Assembly (NCBI GenBank): GCA_964606695.1
Contig: CAZSHG010000007.1
Span: 2,456 to 66,455 of the forward strand
Direction of reading: 5' to 3'
Length of the DNA stretch: 64,000 nt
DNA from: an uncultured bacterium
GTDB taxonomy: Bacteria; UBP14; UBA6098
Shown here: positions 29,501-41,935 of the stretch, one piece after another
Position numbering within the stretch: the stretch's first letter is position 1
How the letters are laid out: each line of letters starts with the position of its first letter
Position numbers and translations under genes: made by a program
The notes under the pieces: generated by a model
Database searches by the model: none
Told to the model about the DNA's origin: nothing
Seen by the model: the letters and a program-made list of their open reading frames with translations, nothing else

Positions 29501-31144
29501 TATCTGAGCGTGAAGTCCCACTTTGCCGTGGTCGTAGGCGATCATAACCTCCCAGGGATTCGAGAATATCATTCCCTCGCCCTTTTCGCCCGGTCGTAAT
29601 TTAGTCAGGTAGTTGCACCCGAGAACCATATCCTGAGATGGACTTGCGACAGGCTCTCCATTGGAAGGCTTGAGGATATTATTCGGTGCGAGCATAAGAT
29701 TATGCGCTTCCATTTGCGCTTCGAAAGATAATGGAACATGCACCGGCATCTGGTCGCCGTCGAAGTCGGCATTGAACGCAGAACAAACGAGGGGGTGAAT
29801 CTGAATCGCCTTGCCCTCGACAAGCTTCGGATAGAAAGCCTGAATACCCAGTCTATGAAGAGTCGGCGCACGGTTTAATAGAACCGGATGGTCACGGATA
29901 ATTTCCTCAAGAAGATCCCAGATTTCCGGTTTTTCCTTTTCCACGAATTTCTTCGCGCTCTTGACAGTTTGCGTGAATCCCTTTTCCTCCAGTTTTCGGA
30001 GTATAAAAGGTTTGAATAATTCCAAAGCCATGGATTTCGGCAGGCCGCATTCGTGCAATTTCAATTCCGGGCCGACGACGATAACGCTACGACCAGAATA
30101 ATCCACTCTCTTACCGAGTAAATTCTGTCGGAATCGCCCCTGTTTTCCTTTAAGCATGTCGGACAGCGATTTAAGTGGTCGCCGGGATTTCCCCCTGACC
30201 GCGCTTCCCTGCCGACCGTTGTCTATAAGCGCATCCACCGCTTCCTGAAGCATACGCTTCTCATTACGGAGTATAACTTCCGGTGCCTGTATATCGATAA
30301 GTTTTTTCAGTCGGTTATTTCTGTTAATAAGCCTGCGGTAGAGGTCGTTTAAGTCGCTTGTGGCGAACCTTCCGCCCTCAAGAGGAACGAGTGGTCTGAG
30401 GTCCGGAGGAATTATCGGGACTATATTTAATACCATCCATTCCGGTTTATTACCGGATTGACGGAAACTCTCGGCGACGTCGAGGCGTTTGAGGAGTTTC
30501 TTCCTGCGCTGGGCGCTTGTTTCCGTTTTAATTCTCTCACGAAGCTCATTGACCAATTCGTTGATGTTCAATTCGGTTAACAGTTTCAGGAGCGCGGGAG
30601 CGCCCATCTCGGCGCGGAATTCAACCTCGTTTGACTTCAGTTCGAAATACTCCTCGTCGGTGATGATCTGGCCTTTGCGTAAGCCGGTTACATCTTCATC
30701 TCCGGGTTCGAGGACGATAAAGGACTCGTAGTAGATTATTTCCTCGATGTTCGAAATGGACAAATCGAGTAACCGTCCTATCCTGGAAGGATGGGACCGA
30801 ACATACCAGATGTGCGTAACCGGGACCGCGAGGTCGATATGCCCCATTCTATCGCGACGCACTCTGGCGCGAGTAATCTCCACGCCGCATCTATCACAGA
30901 CCACGCCCTTAAACCGGATGCCTTTATATTTTCCACACGAGCATTCCCAATCCTTAACCGGGCCGAAAATCCTCTCGCAGAAAAGGCCTCCCTTTTCCGG
31001 TTTGAAAGTCCTGTAGTTAATAGTTTCCGGTTTGGTTACTTCACCGAAACTCCACGAACGGATTATTTCCGGACTTGCAAGCATCACCTTGACGCCCACG
31101 AAATCCATTCCGCTTTTTTGACGGATATCGCTACCTTTGGGCAC
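26543..31144 (-). CDS. rpoC: DNA-directed RNA polymerase subunit beta' (1533 aa)
   Basis: NADFDGDQM catalytic motif, [15 protein letters not shown]-terminus, zinc-binding CxxC motifs. Confidence 0.95.
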   Translation of the reverse strand: MPKGSDIRQKSGMDFVGVKVMLASPEIIRSWSFGEVTKPETINYRTFKPEKGGLFCERIFGPVKDWECSCGKYKGIRFKGVVCDRCGVEITRARVRRDRMGHIDLAVPVTHIWYVRSHPSRIGRLLDLSISNIEEIIYYESFIVLEPGDEDVTGLRKGQIITDEEYFELKSNEVEFRAEMGAPALLKLLTELNINELVNELRERIKTETSAQRRKKLLKRLDVAESFRQSGNKPEWMVLNIVPIIPPDLRPLVPLEGGRFATSDLNDLYRRLINRNNRLKKLIDIQAPEVILRNEKRMLQEAVDALIDNGRQGSAVRGKSRRPLKSLSDMLKGKQGRFRQNLLGKRVDYSGRSVIVVGPELKLHECGLPKSMALELFKPFILRKLEEKGFTQTVKSAKKFVEKEKPEIWDLLEEIIRDHPVLLNRAPTLHRLGIQAFYPKLVEGKAIQIHPLVCSAFNADFDGDQMPVHVPLSFEAQMEAHNLMLAPNNILKPSNGEPVASPSQDMVLGCNYLTKLRPGEKGEGMIFSNPWEVMIAYDHGKVGLHAQIACRIPPQEEHLKFREAASVKGGETIAVIPRFSPDPDKLSEREPITITAGRAGNIHYDIYDKERCVLNVQLLSSTGETILAYIEVPGVMTWTTVGRVIFNEAIPDGMPFYNEVMKKRTLNDLVALSYKRKGLKATALFLDELKTFGFEFATQAAISIGVDDLIVPEEKPGLITDARKEVDKVNVARQKGLVTEGERYNKVIDIWNRMQDEVTDALFRVLLRTNYGFNPLAMMVDSGARGSKDQIRQLAGMRGLMSKPQKRLTGQEIIETPILSNFKEGLSVLEYFISTHGQRKGLADTALKTADAGYLTRRLVDVAQDVIITERDCGTIRGVERTALKEGEDIVIPLRERIRGRVAVEDIFNPVTDRIMVEGGEEISDDMALEIEDRGIETVNIRSVLTCESRYGVCAKCYGRDLAVNNPVQVGEAVGIIAGESIGEPGTQLTLRTFHIGGTASRITEQSQVSSRYGGRVEFKHIRAIKDPDGESEGIVLNRTGEIIITDDDGIEHVFKVPYGAKLRVKHRTKIDPRTMLYEWEPYINPILSDVFGIVEYVDIVEDRTAKMEVDETTLTKQLVVMDFRDRAYHPKILIKNKKGKLLGSYSMPTDAHLLVEDGEEIKAGQPIAKLMRSISKTRDITGGLPRVAELFEARKPKDPAIISEIEGVVRFPKEVSRKTGTKVEVIGVESPEKLRGEIIEEITGDEPVKIGRRFRVSMKDDKLKIERKKRSRYSKVSVDPRIEPDGSVVYELTSSRLVRQLPDGSAFLEAAPHVGREVYDYVIPRGRHILVQENDKVQAGQKLCDGPVIPHDILRVLGDRAVQEYLLNETQEVYRLQGVSINDKHIEVIIRQMLRKVRVETPGDTRFLEDEEVDRGEFFEENRRIIARGGTPATFEPLLLGITRASLTPDSFLSAASFQQTTRVLTEATISGKSDELRGLKENVIIGRLIPAGTGFSKYRKIRPKKEESEENEMEIMHELFIETQPDDYYGF

Positions 31145-31194
31145 TTTTCTCTCCCTCTTTAACGCGATATGTATTTGAAAAGAGTTTCATCGCT

Positions 31195-34100
31195 CTAATC
31201 CTCTATTTCTTCGATTAATTGAACATCCATGCAAAGTCCCTGCATCTCTTTCATCAGGACGTTGAATGACTCCGGAACACCCGGTTCTGGCGGGTTTTCA
31301 CCCTTTACTATCGATTCATACATTCTGGCCCTACCGCGGACGTCGTCGGATTTATATGTAAGTATCTCCTGGAGTGTATGGGCCGCGCCGTAAGCTTCGA
31401 GAGCCCATACCTCCATCTCTCCGAAACGTTGGCCTCCAAACTGCGCTTTTCCACCGAGTGGTTGTTGTGTAACAAGCGAATACGGCCCGATGGAGCGGGC
31501 ATGGATTTTGTCGTCGGCGAGGTGGGCGAGTTTCATCATGTATATTTCGCCGACCGTAACTTCATTCTCGAATGGTTCGCCCGTTCTGCCGTCGAATAGC
31601 GTAACTTTGCCTGTTTCCGGGATGCCGGCTTCATCCATCAGCTCTTTTATTTCGCCAATCCTCGCGCCATTGAAAACCGGGGTAAAAGCCTGTTCGTATC
31701 CGAGGATCTTTAGTGCCCAGCCAAGATGCGTTTCTAAAATCTGTCCGATATTCATTCGTGAAGGCACGCCGAGAGGATTCAATATGATATCTACCGGAGT
31801 GCCGTCCGCAAGATAGGGCATATCTTCACGTGGGACAATTCTGGATATAACGCCTTTGTTGCCGTGTCGTCCGGCCATTTTGTCGCCTACTGTGATCTTC
31901 CTTTTCATAGCTACGTGAACCTTGACCATCTTGAGAACACCGGGGTCGAGCTCGTCGCCCCGAATTATCTTGTCCTTGAGGATCTTCAGCTCGATTAGTT
32001 TGTTCTCGATAATATCGGCGGACTTCTTCAGGATATTCTGGACTTCCCTGTTTGCCTTCTTATCGTCCGTCCAGTCGTATCTATCGGAAACCTCCTCGAT
32101 AACGAGCCTGTTCGCCGCGGCTTTTGAAATCTTTTTACCCACGCCGATTAGCGGTTCGCCGCTGGAATCGGAGATAATCTTGTTCGCGCGTTTGCCGATG
32201 ATAGTTTCCCTGATTGCGTTGTCTCGCCTTTTGCGGATTTCCGCCAGGATGTTGTCGTATGAATCGACAAGCTCGGTGATCTCTTCTTTTTCCTTCTTGC
32301 GAGCCGCCTTTGAATACTTCTTGCGTTCGAGCAATTCGGTATTTATAACGATCCCCTTCATTCCCGGAGGGGCTTTAAGGGAAGCGTCTTTGACGTCGCC
32401 GGCTTTATCGCCGAAAATCGCCCTGAGCAGTCTCTCTTCGGGAGTGGCTTCAGTTTCCCCTTTGGGCGTTACTCTTCCCACGAGTATATCTCCGCTTTCG
32501 ACTTCAGCGCCGATACGGACTATTCCGTTCTCATCGAGGTCTTTTACGGCTTCGTCTGATACGTTCGGAAGTTCTCGAGTTAGTTCTTCGGGCCCCCGCT
32601 TCGTATCTCGAACCTGAAGCTCGAATTCCTCGACGTGCAAACTCGTGAAGGTATCGTCGCAAACCAGTCTTTCGGAGATAATTATAGCGTCCTCGAAATT
32701 ATAACCGTGCCAGGGCATAAAGGCGCAGAGGATATTCTTGCCGAGAGCGAGTTGGCCATAGGCGGTCGCAGAACCGTCTGCGATGGCCTGTCCGCCCCGA
32801 ACTGTATCGCCTTCCTTTACGATGGGGCGTTGGTTTATGCACATATCCTGGTTGCTACGTTCGAACTTTTTTATCGTATAGAAGTCGGTTTCCGTAAATT
32901 CGAAGATACCTCGTTCGCTTTCATTGGGTTTGATATGAACACTGTCGGCATCCACTTTTACAACCTTCCCGGCGCGATTTGAGATAACTACAGCCCCGGA
33001 ATCCCTTGCGGTTTTTTCTTCGAGTCCGGTTGCTACCAGGGGTCTCTCGGTAACCATTAATGGAACCGCCTGACGTTGCATGTTCGATCCCATAAGGGCG
33101 CGGTTGGCGTCATCGTGTTCGAGGAAAGGTATAAGCGCCGCCGCGACACTCACGAGCTGTGTTGGCGAAACATCCATATAGTCGATATCCGCTCTGCCCG
33201 CCATGAGAATTTCAGCCCGAAAACGGGCGAGAACACGCTCGTTCTTAATCTTCCCGCCTTCGGTAAGTTCCGTGTTCGCCTGTGCAATCGTATATCTATC
33301 CTCTTCGTCCGCAGTGAGATAGACGACTTCTTCCGTTACCTTATTATTAACGACTTTGCGATAGGGTGTTTCGATGAAACCGTAGTCGTTTATCCGTGCA
33401 AAAACGGAAAGGCTTGTGATGAGTCCGATGTTCTGGCCTTCAGGCGTCTCGATTGGGCACATGCGACCGTAATGCGTATAATGGACATCGCGCACCTCGA
33501 AACCCGCACGTTCGCGGGATAAACCGCCGGGACCCAGAGCGGAAAGCCTTCTTTTATGCGTTAGTTCCGCCAGAGGATTATGTTGATCCATGAACTGCGA
33601 CAACTGGCTCGATCCAAAAAAACTGTTGATAACAGCGCTGACGGTTCGCGCATTAATCAAATCAGATGGAGTCAGTGTTTCCACGTCCCTTAATCTCATT
33701 CTCTCGCGAACCGTGCGAGCCATTCTCGCCAATCCGATACGTATTTGATTTTCGACCAATTCGCCAACACTTCTGCTCCTGCGCACACCGAGATGGTCGA
33801 TGTCGTCCAACTGACCTTTGCCGTGGCGGAGTTTTATGAGGTATTTCGTAATCTCAAGAAAATCCTCGCGCGACAGATAATGATGTTCGATGGGAATATC
33901 GAGCCCGAGGCGTTGATTAATTTTATATCGTCCGACTTCGCCGAGATCATACCTTTTCTCGTTGAAAAGGTATCTCTCGAGCATCGTCGAAATTCCTTCT
34001 TCATCTAAAACTTCTCCCGGGCGAAGGACTCCGAACACTTCCCTGACGGCTTCTTCGTAATTGGTTGTGCTATCGGCTTTGAGGGAAGCTATCATAACCG

Positions 34101-34965
34101 GAACTTCTTTGGGTTCGAGTTCGAAGAAGGAAATCGAATCGACGTCCGCTTCGATGAGAGCGTTGAAATTCTCTTCCGTTATTTCCTCGCCCGCTTCGAG
34201 ATGGACTACGCCCGTATCGAATTCAGCGATGGTGTTGGCGGCGAATTTGCCCAGGACGGATTTGCGGTTTTGAGGATGGACTTTATAGCTCTTGACTTCG
34301 TGGAAAAGCTCGTAAATCGAAGCGTCGGTGTCGTAGCCGAGAGTTCGCAGTAAGGTCGCTATCGAGACCTTCCTTCTCGCGTCGAAATATACCCAGATAG
34401 CCTCGCGGATATCGAATTTCAACTCGATCCAGCTACCCCGATAGGGGATAATCCTCGCGGAAAAAAGCCGTTTGCCGTTGGGATGGATACTCTCGTCGAA
34501 AAATACCCCGGGGCTTCTATGAAGCTGACTGACAACGACTCTTTCGGCCCCATTTACCAGGAAAGTTCCGTATTCTGTAACCAACGGGATTTCGCCAAGA
34601 TAGACCTCGCTTTCGCGGGCTTCTTTCATCCTTCGAGCTTCGCCTTCGCCCTCCCATTCAATCAATTTTAGCTTGACTTTAAGACTGCCGGAGTATGTCA
34701 TATTCCGCACGCGGCATTCCTCGATACCGAAACGCGGTTTCCCAACGCTGTAATTTATATATTCGAGGGTGTATTTGCCGTATAAATCCTCGATAGGGAA
34801 GATACTCTTGAAGACTTCTTCCAGGCCGCGGTTACGCCTTTCCGCGGGGGGAATATCCTTTTGCAGGAATCCTTCGTAAGATTTCACCTGCACATCGAGG
34901 AGATAGGGGATTTCGGCAACAGATTTATTCTTAGTGAAGTCGATATTCTTATTATCCTGGGTCAC
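31195..34965 (-). CDS. rpoB: DNA-directed RNA polymerase subunit beta
   Basis: Full-length beta with the conserved [13 protein letters not shown] and [20 protein letters not shown] regions. Confidence 0.95.
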   Translation of the reverse strand: MTQDNKNIDFTKNKSVAEIPYLLDVQVKSYEGFLQKDIPPAERRNRGLEEVFKSIFPIEDLYGKYTLEYINYSVGKPRFGIEECRVRNMTYSGSLKVKLKLIEWEGEGEARRMKEARESEVYLGEIPLVTEYGTFLVNGAERVVVSQLHRSPGVFFDESIHPNGKRLFSARIIPYRGSWIELKFDIREAIWVYFDARRKVSIATLLRTLGYDTDASIYELFHEVKSYKVHPQNRKSVLGKFAANTIAEFDTGVVHLEAGEEITEENFNALIEADVDSISFFELEPKEVPVMIASLKADSTTNYEEAVREVFGVLRPGEVLDEEGISTMLERYLFNEKRYDLGEVGRYKINQRLGLDIPIEHHYLSREDFLEITKYLIKLRHGKGQLDDIDHLGVRRSRSVGELVENQIRIGLARMARTVRERMRLRDVETLTPSDLINARTVSAVINSFFGSSQLSQFMDQHNPLAELTHKRRLSALGPGGLSRERAGFEVRDVHYTHYGRMCPIETPEGQNIGLITSLSVFARINDYGFIETPYRKVVNNKVTEEVVYLTADEEDRYTIAQANTELTEGGKIKNERVLARFRAEILMAGRADIDYMDVSPTQLVSVAAALIPFLEHDDANRALMGSNMQRQAVPLMVTERPLVATGLEEKTARDSGAVVISNRAGKVVKVDADSVHIKPNESERGIFEFTETDFYTIKKFERSNQDMCINQRPIVKEGDTVRGGQAIADGSATAYGQLALGKNILCAFMPWHGYNFEDAIIISERLVCDDTFTSLHVEEFELQVRDTKRGPEELTRELPNVSDEAVKDLDENGIVRIGAEVESGDILVGRVTPKGETEATPEERLLRAIFGDKAGDVKDASLKAPPGMKGIVINTELLERKKYSKAARKKEKEEITELVDSYDNILAEIRKRRDNAIRETIIGKRANKIISDSSGEPLIGVGKKISKAAANRLVIEEVSDRYDWTDDKKANREVQNILKKSADIIENKLIELKILKDKIIRGDELDPGVLKMVKVHVAMKRKITVGDKMAGRHGNKGVISRIVPREDMPYLADGTPVDIILNPLGVPSRMNIGQILETHLGWALKILGYEQAFTPVFNGARIGEIKELMDEAGIPETGKVTLFDGRTGEPFENEVTVGEIYMMKLAHLADDKIHARSIGPYSLVTQQPLGGKAQFGGQRFGEMEVWALEAYGAAHTLQEILTYKSDDVRGRARMYESIVKGENPPEPGVPESFNVLMKEMQGLCMDVQLIEEIED

Positions 34966-35185
34966 GGTTACCTCGCCGTTTTCTGGTTAACGGTATATTC
35001 GGACCTGAGACGCGCCTTGCTTCCGCGCCATATCTTATTGTATATCAATGACTTATCAATATCGAGCAGGCCATATTTTCAAAAAAACCGAATTCTGCCG
35101 CGACTTAATCCCGTATAGAGAATCGGGCAGAAAGGTTATTCCGGATCGTCCCGTTTGTTTGACGGGACGATCCTATTGCCGTATG

Positions 35186-35605
35186 CTATTTGATTTCTAC
35201 TTTGGCTCCGACCGCTTCCAGTTTTTCCTTGATTGCTTTGGCTTCATCCTCAGGAATATTTTCCTTGATAGCCGCAGGCAAACTGCCTTCGACGAAATCT
35301 TTGGCTTCTTTCAAGCCGAGGTCTGTAACTCCGCGGACTTCCTTGATGACCTTGATTTTCTGGTCACCGACTTCGGCCAGCATTGGAGTGAATTCGGTTT
35401 TTTCTTCTTCCACTGCCGCTGTAGCCGCTCCGCCGGCCGGTCCGGCAGAAACTGCCACCGGGGCCGCCGCGGAAACGCCGAATTTTTCCTCGAGAGCTTT
35501 AACCAGGTCGGCAAGCTCCATTACGGTCAATTTCTCGATGCCGTCGAGTATAGCCTGTGCATTATCGCTCAGGTTGATTTCGGGTGCAACGTCTTCTGGA
35601 CACAT
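35186..35605 (-). CDS. rplL: 50S ribosomal protein L7/L12
   Basis: Ala-rich hinge and a C-terminal domain ([22 protein letters not shown]). Confidence 0.9.
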   Translation of the reverse strand: MCPEDVAPEINLSDNAQAILDGIEKLTVMELADLVKALEEKFGVSAAAPVAVSAGPAGGAATAAVEEEKTEFTPMLAEVGDQKIKVIKEVRGVTDLGLKEAKDFVEGSLPAAIKENIPEDEAKAIKEKLEAVGAKVEIK

Positions 35606-35642
35606 ATCGATCTCCTTTATTGTTTGTTTTAATTTACAAAAT

Positions 35643-36167
35643 CTAAGCTTGCTGTTTCTGTTCGGCTACGGCATTCAATGCCACCGCGAATCCTCGAAGC
35701 AAGCCCGATAGGGTGAACACCAATCCGGTTATTGGAGCGGCGATACCGCCCACTACCATGGCTCTTAACTCGTCCACGCTGGGCAGAGACGCCAATTCAT
35801 CGAATTTGGACAGATCCCAGATAACATCGTCGATTATGAGTCCCTTGATAGCGGGTTTGTCGATATCCTCGATGAACTCCTTAAGCGTTTTAGCCGGCGA
35901 TACAGGATCCTGTGAAGATAAAACAAGGCTGGAAGGGCCCTCCAGGATATCCTCGAGTGAAACGAGCCCCGCCTGTTCTCTTGCAATATTGATAAGGCGG
36001 TTTTTAGCAACGCGCATTTTCGCGCCGCATTCGTTCAATTTGATCCTTAAGTCGCTTACTTCCTTTACGCTTAAACCGGTATGGTCGGTTACTATTTGCA
36101 CATTATTAGAGGAAAGTAGCTCCTTAAGAGCTTCGACCTCACGTTCTTTCTGTGGATTAGGCACCAT
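35643..36167 (-). CDS. rplJ: 50S ribosomal protein L10
   Basis: L10 fold; conserved position between rplA and rplL. Confidence 0.9.
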   Translation of the reverse strand: MVPNPQKEREVEALKELLSSNNVQIVTDHTGLSVKEVSDLRIKLNECGAKMRVAKNRLINIAREQAGLVSLEDILEGPSSLVLSSQDPVSPAKTLKEFIEDIDKPAIKGLIIDDVIWDLSKFDELASLPSVDELRAMVVGGIAAPITGLVFTLSGLLRGFAVALNAVAEQKQQA

Positions 36168-36179
36168 TTCCTCCTAATT

Positions 36180-36878
36180 CTATTTACTGATAATTCCGGT
36201 TAAATCGACCTTCACGCCCGGTCCCATCGTAGAAGACAGGACACATGAACGAAAATAAGCTCCCTTTACAGATGGGGGCCGTGCCTTGCTCAGTGCGTTG
36301 ATCAGCGCCTCGCAGTTATCGTTCAGCGCTTCGGCCTCGAAAGATACCTTGCCGACAATGGCGTGAATAACTCCGCCTTTATCGACGCGATATTCGATTT
36401 TACCGGCTTTAGCTTCGTTGACAGCCTGCTTAATATTAGGGGTGACGGTTCCGGCTTTCGGATTGGGCATGAGACCTCTCGGCCCCAGCACTTTTCCTAA
36501 CCTCCCGACCTTGCTCATCATTTGCGGATGGGCTATAGCGACGTCGAAATCGACTTCTCCGCCCTGGATTTTTTCTACAAGGTCGTCGCCACCGACGATA
36601 TCCGCGCCCGCTTCCTTAGCTGAATCGGCGTCCTCGCCCTCGGCAAAGACAGCGATGCGAAGGCTCTTGCCCGTTCCGGCGGGCAGAACTACCGTTCCGC
36701 GAACCATCTGGTCGGCGTGCCGGGGATCGACACCGAGTTTTATCGCCATATCCACGGATTCATCGAATTTAGCGAAAGAATTCTCTTTCACCAGATCGAT
36801 AGCTTCCTTAAGCGGATATTGCTTTTCTCGGTCGATTTTCTCGCGCGCGTTACTATAATTTTTTCCGTGTTTCGGCAT
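36180..36878 (-). CDS. rplA: 50S ribosomal protein L1
   Basis: MPKHGKNY start with an AGGGGG RBS; the ORF-track start at 36935 is an upstream over-extension. Confidence 0.9.
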   Translation of the reverse strand: MPKHGKNYSNAREKIDREKQYPLKEAIDLVKENSFAKFDESVDMAIKLGVDPRHADQMVRGTVVLPAGTGKSLRIAVFAEGEDADSAKEAGADIVGGDDLVEKIQGGEVDFDVAIAHPQMMSKVGRLGKVLGPRGLMPNPKAGTVTPNIKQAVNEAKAGKIEYRVDKGGVIHAIVGKVSFEAEALNDNCEALINALSKARPPSVKGAYFRSCVLSSTMGPGVKVDLTGIISK

Positions 36879-36888
36879 ATCGCACCCC

Positions 36889-37314
36889 CTAATCCATAAC
36901 CTCGATACCCATGCTTCGAGCGGTTCCCTCGACAATACGCATGGCGCCTTCGATATCTATTGCGTTGAGGTCGGGCATCTTGGTTTCGGCTATTTCTTTG
37001 ACCTGTTTTCGGGTTACCGTTCCGACTTTCTCGGTGTTTGGAACGCCCGAACCCTTTTCGATGCCCGCGGCCTTGCGCAACAGATCGCTCGCCGGCGGAG
37101 TTTTGGTTATGAAATCGAACTTATTATTCTGGTAAACCGTGATGACTACCGGAATAATGACGTCCCCCATCTTCTGGGTTTGGGCGTTGAAGGCCTTGCA
37201 GAAATCCATGATATTGATTCCGGCCTGGCCTAACGCCGGCCCCACAGGTGGGGCGGGTGTCGCTTTGCCAGCAGGTATCTGTAGCTTAACGATTGTTTTT
37301 ACTTCTTTTGCCAT
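36889..37314 (-). CDS. rplK: 50S ribosomal protein L11
   Basis: [43 protein letters not shown]. Confidence 0.95.
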   Translation of the reverse strand: MAKEVKTIVKLQIPAGKATPAPPVGPALGQAGINIMDFCKAFNAQTQKMGDVIIPVVITVYQNNKFDFITKTPPASDLLRKAAGIEKGSGVPNTEKVGTVTRKQVKEIAETKMPDLNAIDIEGAMRIVEGTARSMGIEVMD

Positions 37315-37406
37315 ATTTTTCCTTTCATCCTCCCACGGTTAAGGCATTCCGTGGTAAATGGACTCCCAAAGCGGGAATGAATTAACTCGAAAGAGTGCGT
37401 CAAAAT

Positions 37407-37946
37407 TTATTCCGTATCCTCTTTTATCTGGAGAAAATCGACCTCGACCGGGGTCAATCTTCCGAAAATACTCACCATGACCTTTATTTTACCCCTTTCA
37501 GGGTTGATTTCCGATATGGTTCCGGAGAAATCGCGGAAGGGTCCGTCAACAACCTTCACGGCGTCGCCGACAACAAACGGAATCTCGATCTTATGTTCGG
37601 CGGCTTCGATTCCACCGGTGCGAGCTTTTATCCTGTCGATTTCCTCTTCGCTGACCGGGACAGGTTTACCGCCGCTCGATGTCAGAAAACCGGTAACTCC
37701 GGGAGTTCCGTTTACGAGTGCGATTGTCTCTTTGCTCGCTTCCATATTGACCAGAATATAGCTGGGAAAGAACTTCCGCTGGACGGTTCGTCTTTTGCCC
37801 TGACGCATTTCGATAATATCCTCGGTAGGAATAAGGATTTCAAAAATACGATCCTCATATCCCTTTTCGCGAATAGCGGCATCGAGGTAGCGTTTGGCCT
37901 TTTGCTCGTGACCGGAAAGCGTATGAACTACATACCAATTCGCCAT
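37407..37946 (-). CDS. nusG: Transcription termination/antitermination factor NusG
   Basis: NGN domain (WYVVHTLSGHE) and a KOW motif (FVVGDAVKVVDGPFRDFSGTI). Confidence 0.9.
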   Translation of the reverse strand: MANWYVVHTLSGHEQKAKRYLDAAIREKGYEDRIFEILIPTEDIIEMRQGKRRTVQRKFFPSYILVNMEASKETIALVNGTPGVTGFLTSSGGKPVPVSEEEIDRIKARTGGIEAAEHKIEIPFVVGDAVKVVDGPFRDFSGTISEINPERGKIKVMVSIFGRLTPVEVDFLQIKEDTE

Positions 37947-38132
37947 TTAACCTAACACCAACCGCACGAGTTTCAAGAATAATTGGTCGATAACGCCGAC
38001 GAACACAAGAAGCAAAACGCTACTGATAACGACGGCAATAGTCAGACCGGTCAACTCTTCACGAGTCGGCCACCTGACCTTTTTCGCCTCCTGATAGGAC
38101 TCTTTAATAAAAGTTTTGATTTTCTCGAACAT
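37947..38132 (-). CDS. secE: Preprotein translocase subunit SecE
   Basis: MFEKIKTFIKESYQEAKKVRWPTREEL followed by a single TM; the longer ORF-track start would run through tRNA-Trp. Confidence 0.75.
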   Translation of the reverse strand: MFEKIKTFIKESYQEAKKVRWPTREELTGLTIAVVISSVLLLVFVGVIDQLFLKLVRLVLG

Positions 38133-38195
38133 ATTGCCAGTCCGTAATTTAGTTTTGCCGGAAGGCGGAGCGTTTAACTCCGCCATCCATAATCT

Positions 38196-38269
38196 CAGGC
38201 CCGGAGGGAATCGAACCCCCAACCCCCGGTTTTGGAGACCGGTGCTCTGCCAGATTGAGCTACAGGCCT
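38196..38269 (-). tRNA. tRNA-Trp (anticodon CCA)
   Basis: Anticodon stem CCGGT/ACCGG, loop CTCCAAA; conserved position between rpmG and secE. Confidence 0.85.
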
Positions 38270-38290
38270 ATATCGATGGCAGGCACAAAC

Positions 38291-38443
38291 CTACCTTGTT
38301 TCCTTATGCATTGTATGCTTGCCGCATTTGGAGCAGAATTTCTTATACTCGACACGTTCGGGATGTTTCCGCTTGTTCTTCGTGTAAGTATAATTCTTCG
38401 CCTTGCAAACGGTGCAAGCAAGTATAATGACGTCTCTCGGCAT
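38291..38443 (-). CDS. rpmG: 50S ribosomal protein L33 (50 aa, Cys4 zinc ribbon)
   Basis: Hand-translated [50 protein letters not shown]. It is not in the ORF track because it is shorter than 60 aa; it lies 2 nt downstream of tuf. Confidence 0.85.
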   Translation of the reverse strand: MPRDVIILACTVCKAKNYTYTKNKRKHPERVEYKKFCSKCGKHTMHKETR

Positions 38444-38445
38444 AA

Positions 38446-39654
38446 TTACTCGATGATCGTATGAACGACACCGGCGCCGATTGTCTTTCCGCCTTCACGG
38501 ATGGCGAACCGAAGTCCCTCTTCCATCGCGATAGGCGAAATCAACTTGCAGTCCATTGTGACGTTGTCGCCGGGCATAACCATCTCGCGGCCTTCAGGTA
38601 GTTGGATTTCACCGGTAACGTCGGTAGTCCTGAAATAGAACTGCGGTCTGTAACCGGTGAAGAACGGCTTATGACGCCCGCCTTCTTCCTTTTTGAGAAC
38701 GTAAACCTCGGCCTTAAATTTGGTATGAGGGGTAATCGATCCCGGTTTTGCCAGAACCATACCGCGCTCTACCTCATCCTTGCCGATACCGCGTAGAAGC
38801 ACGCCGACATTGTCTCCGGCTTCCGCGTAATCGAGAAGTTTCCTGAACATCTCGAGGTCTGTGGCGACTGTTTCGCGGGTTTCGCTGATTCCCACGATCT
38901 CGACTTTGTCGTTCTTGTTGATTTTACCGCGCTCGACACGACCGGTGGCAACCGTTCCACGTCCGGTAATCGAGAAGATGTCCTCGACCGGCATAAGGAA
39001 AGGTTTATCGACGTCTCTCTCCGGAGTCGGGATGTAATCATCGACCGCATCCATAAGTTCGAGGATCGGCTTGAATTCCGGCGATTCCACCATTTTTGTG
39101 TCGTCGAGACCCGCGTTCATGGCTTCCAGCGCGCTTCCCCGGATAATGGGGATATCGTCGCCGGGGAATTCATGCTTGGTCAGAAGTTCTCTGACTTCGA
39201 GTTCGACGAGGTCGAGCAGTTCCTCGTCATCGACCTGATCCGTCTTGTTCATAAACACCACCATAGCGGGCACGTTCACCTGTTTGGCGAGTAGCACGTG
39301 CTCGGTGGTTTGCGGCATCGGACCGTCGGCGGCGCTCACCACAAGGATAGCGCCGTCCATCTGCGCCGCGCCGGTAATCATATTCTTGATGTAGTCGGCG
39401 TGCCCGGGACAGTCGATGTGCGCATAATGGCGTTTCGCGGTCTCATACTCGACATGAGCGGTGTTAATAGTGATTCCGCGTTCCTTCTCCTCAGGGGCGT
39501 TGTCGATGTCGTCAAATTTCTCGACTTTCGAGAACCCCTGGCGGCTGAGCACCATCGTGATCGCCGCGGTGAGAGTCGTTTTACCGTGGTCGATGTGACC
39601 GATCGTTCCCACGTTCACGTGGGGCTTTTTGCGCTCAAAATGTTCTTTGGCCAT
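38446..39654 (-). CDS. tuf: Elongation factor Tu
   Basis: [16 protein letters not shown]1 motif, [12 protein letters not shown] motif. Confidence 0.95.
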   Translation of the reverse strand: MAKEHFERKKPHVNVGTIGHIDHGKTTLTAAITMVLSRQGFSKVEKFDDIDNAPEEKERGITINTAHVEYETAKRHYAHIDCPGHADYIKNMITGAAQMDGAILVVSAADGPMPQTTEHVLLAKQVNVPAMVVFMNKTDQVDDEELLDLVELEVRELLTKHEFPGDDIPIIRGSALEAMNAGLDDTKMVESPEFKPILELMDAVDDYIPTPERDVDKPFLMPVEDIFSITGRGTVATGRVERGKINKNDKVEIVGISETRETVATDLEMFRKLLDYAEAGDNVGVLLRGIGKDEVERGMVLAKPGSITPHTKFKAEVYVLKKEEGGRHKPFFTGYRPQFYFRTTDVTGEIQLPEGREMVMPGDNVTMDCKLISPIAMEEGLRFAIREGGKTIGAGVVHTIIE

Positions 39655-39704
39655 TTCAATCCTCCTTAATTAGCCTATTTAGCGCATGTTACTTATTTTC
39701 AAAT

Positions 39705-40220
39705 TTAAACTCTATCGAGGAAATCGAGCAAAAAATCTGCCAGACGGCCTAACACGCCATGTCTGGTCTGTTTCGACTCGTCTTCCTCCGATTCGGTTTC
39801 TTCAAATATCTTTCCGAGACCTTTTTCTCGAAATATCTTCCGGGCTTCTTTGTCCCAGATTTCGTCAAAAGCCTGTAGAGCGACCAACTCGCTTTTATCC
39901 AACCATAGACCGCAACCGTTAGAACAGCGGTCAATAACCACGCCCGTGTCGTATCCGTAAACGGCACGGCTGAGCCTGGAACCGCAGGACGGGCAAACGA
40001 TTTCATCCTGTAGTTCCTCTTTAGGTATCGCCCTGATGCGCCATTCGCGAGCTTCTTCGAGCGCTTCCGATGGCATTCTTTCCTTTCGGGTTTCGATAAT
40101 CTCCCGAAGAATTTTGCCGTCAACCCAAAAACCGCCGCAATCGATGCACTGACGGATAGGGTAATCCTCGTATTTAGTCTCCGTCAATTTCCTGCCGCAA
40201 TGAGGGCATTTCATTATCAA
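39705..40220 (-). CDS. Protein with two zf-TFIIB-type zinc ribbons and an acidic C-terminus
   Basis: CPHCGRKL...CIDCGGFWVDGKILREI and CPSCGSRL...CSNGCGLWLDKSELVAL. Confidence 0.55.
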   Translation of the reverse strand: MIMKCPHCGRKLTETKYEDYPIRQCIDCGGFWVDGKILREIIETRKERMPSEALEEAREWRIRAIPKEELQDEIVCPSCGSRLSRAVYGYDTGVVIDRCSNGCGLWLDKSELVALQAFDEIWDKEARKIFREKGLGKIFEETESEEDESKQTRHGVLGRLADFLLDFLDRV

Positions 40221-40232
40221 ACTCCGTCCAAA

Positions 40233-40306
<74 letters not shown>

Positions 40307-40333
40307 GAACCAAAGATTATCAAACAACTCAAA

Positions 40334-40407
40334 AGCGGGAAACGGGATTCGAACCCGCGACATTCAGCTTGGAAGGCTGACGCTCTAGCCAGCTGAGCTA
40401 TTCCCGC
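40334..40407 (-). tRNA. tRNA-Gly (anticodon TCC)
   Basis: Acceptor GCGGGAA/TTCCCGC, anticodon stem TCAGC/GCTGA, loop CTTCCAA. Confidence 0.85.
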
Positions 40408-40420
40408 AATTCAAAATATG

Positions 40421-40502
40421 TGGTGGGGGGAGGATTCGAACCTCCGAAGGCGTTGCCGACAGATTTACAGTCTGTTCCCTTTGGCCGCTCGGGAACCCCA
40501 CC
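40421..40502 (-). tRNA. tRNA-Tyr (anticodon GTA), long variable arm, CCA encoded
   Basis: Acceptor GGTGGGG/CCCCACC, loop CTGTAAA. Confidence 0.85.
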
Positions 40503-40518
40503 AAAACCGGTATCAAAC

Positions 40519-40590
40519 AGCCGACGGAGGGAATCGAACCCTCAACCTGCGGTTTACAAAACCGCTGCTCTACCCTTGAGCTACATCGGC
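40519..40590 (-). tRNA. tRNA-Thr (anticodon TGT)
   Basis: Acceptor GCCGATG/CGTCGGC, anticodon stem GCGGT/ACCGC, loop TTTGTAA. Confidence 0.85.
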
Positions 40591-40781
40591 AAAAGCCATA
40601 CCGATTGCCGGTATAGACTTGCCAAATAAATACATTAGAAGCCCGGATGTCAAGCTATTTTTCAGAAAAATATCACTTTTTTTGAAAAAAACTGATATAT
40701 TTGTTGACAATGCCAATTCCAAATTATATTTTCATTTAGTTTGCGTGTTGAAAATTACGTAAGAATCACGGAGGTTTAAAT

Positions 40782-40985
40782 ATGGGCAAGAAGAAAAGGA
40801 CATTTGCGGATAAGGTGGCAAAGGGCACCGGGCCGCGTGGAGAGGTTTGCCCCGAATGCGATACGGTTAAAAGGATAATAAAAATCGTCCGGGCAGAGCG
40901 AGACGAGGAAAAAGGCTCGTGGCGATTTTCGGAAAACATCGAGAAAGTTTGCAAATGCAACGAGAAGGAATTGCTGGCTTCCTGA
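40782..40985 (+). CDS. Small basic zinc-binding protein (CPEC...CKC), function unknown
   Basis: 67 aa; strong GGAGG RBS; four Cys in a CxxC...CxC arrangement; Lys-rich N-terminus. Confidence 0.45.
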   Translation: MGKKKRTFADKVAKGTGPRGEVCPECDTVKRIIKIVRAERDEEKGSWRFSENIEKVCKCNEKELLAS

Positions 40986-41178
40986 TAAATTCCCGTTTAT
41001 AACTCTTTAGCTAACCGTCGGTTAGAGCCGGCGGTTTCCTTTTATTTTCGTAAATTCCACGTTTGCCCGAATAAAAAAAATAAAAAAAATTAATTTTTTC
41101 CTTGCGCAACCTAACCTAAACTTCTATTATATAGGCAAATAAAACCTGTTATTTCGAGTGTATTGTCAGGGAGGATAA

Positions 41179-41457
41179 ATGAACTTAGAGCATTTTCAAG
41201 CTCTTGAAGACAAGATAAATCAGCTCCTTAACCACATAATCAAACTAAAAGAAGAGAAGCGCGAACTCATCGAGGCGAACCAGCGTATGGAATCCAGAAT
41301 TAAAGAAATTCAGAAAGAAAAAGACGAGATTACCGCCGAGAAAGAGAAACTCGAGAAGGAAACGCAGTCGGTCGAAAGCGCTACCGAACACGAAAGTGAA
41401 ATAAAAAATCGCGTCGAGGCTCTTCTTAATAAAGTGGACGAAGTCGTCGGATCTTAA
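41179..41457 (+). CDS. Coiled-coil protein (ZapB-like) upstream of zapA
   Basis: 92 aa, predicted continuous heptad coiled coil; RBS GGGAGG. Confidence 0.4.
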   Translation: MNLEHFQALEDKINQLLNHIIKLKEEKRELIEANQRMESRIKEIQKEKDEITAEKEKLEKETQSVESATEHESEIKNRVEALLNKVDEVVGS

Positions 41458-41487
41458 GGTAAAGGCTGATAGAAACGCGGATATCGG

Positions 41488-41793
41488 ATGATAGACGAAC
41501 CGAAAAACAATAAGATTACAATCAAAGTCCGAATATATGGCAAGGAATATTCCATTCGGAGTTCTAAAGATACGGAATATGTCGAGGAAGTCGCCCGCTA
41601 CGTCGATAACAAGATGACCGAAGTCGATAAGAGCGGCGTATCCTCGAGCCCTGTTCAGGTGGCTGTTCTCGCGGCCATGAATATTACGGACGAGTTTTTT
41701 AGTGTTAAGACTCAGGATTCGACTGCGGTTAAGGAACTCGAAGAGAAGGCAAAGGACCTTACCGAGAAAATAAACTCGGCACTAGAAGAATAG
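41488..41793 (+). CDS. zapA: Cell division protein ZapA
   Basis: About 100 aa. The IKVRIYGKEYSIRS...VARYVDNKMTEV pattern matches ZapA (compare B. subtilis TVDIYGQQFTIVG...VASIVDDKMREI). Confidence 0.65.
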   Translation: MIDEPKNNKITIKVRIYGKEYSIRSSKDTEYVEEVARYVDNKMTEVDKSGVSSSPVQVAVLAAMNITDEFFSVKTQDSTAVKELEEKAKDLTEKINSALEE

Positions 41794-41935
41794 AATTTTT
41801 CGACGTAGGGTCGTCTATCTGCCCACCGGTCCGCGATGTGGCCCCGGTGGGTTTGTTATTTGCACGATTTTCTTTTGAATACCACGTCCTTCCCCGGTGA
41901 AGGCAGGTTTAATTATAAATTGAAGGGAGTTTAGA

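Noticed and set aside
26577-35711. Many 60-230 aa ORFs antisense to or overlapping rpoC, rpoB, rplL and rplJ
   Set aside because: They sit inside long, well-supported housekeeping genes and have biased Ser/Arg-rich compositions typical of opposite-strand artefacts.
37947-38222. Long form of secE (91 aa)
   Set aside because: The upstream 30 codons overlap tRNA-Trp; the internal Met gives a typical 62 aa SecE.
38255-38464. 69 aa plus-strand ORF
   Set aside because: Antisense to rpmG (L33), which translates cleanly on the minus strand.
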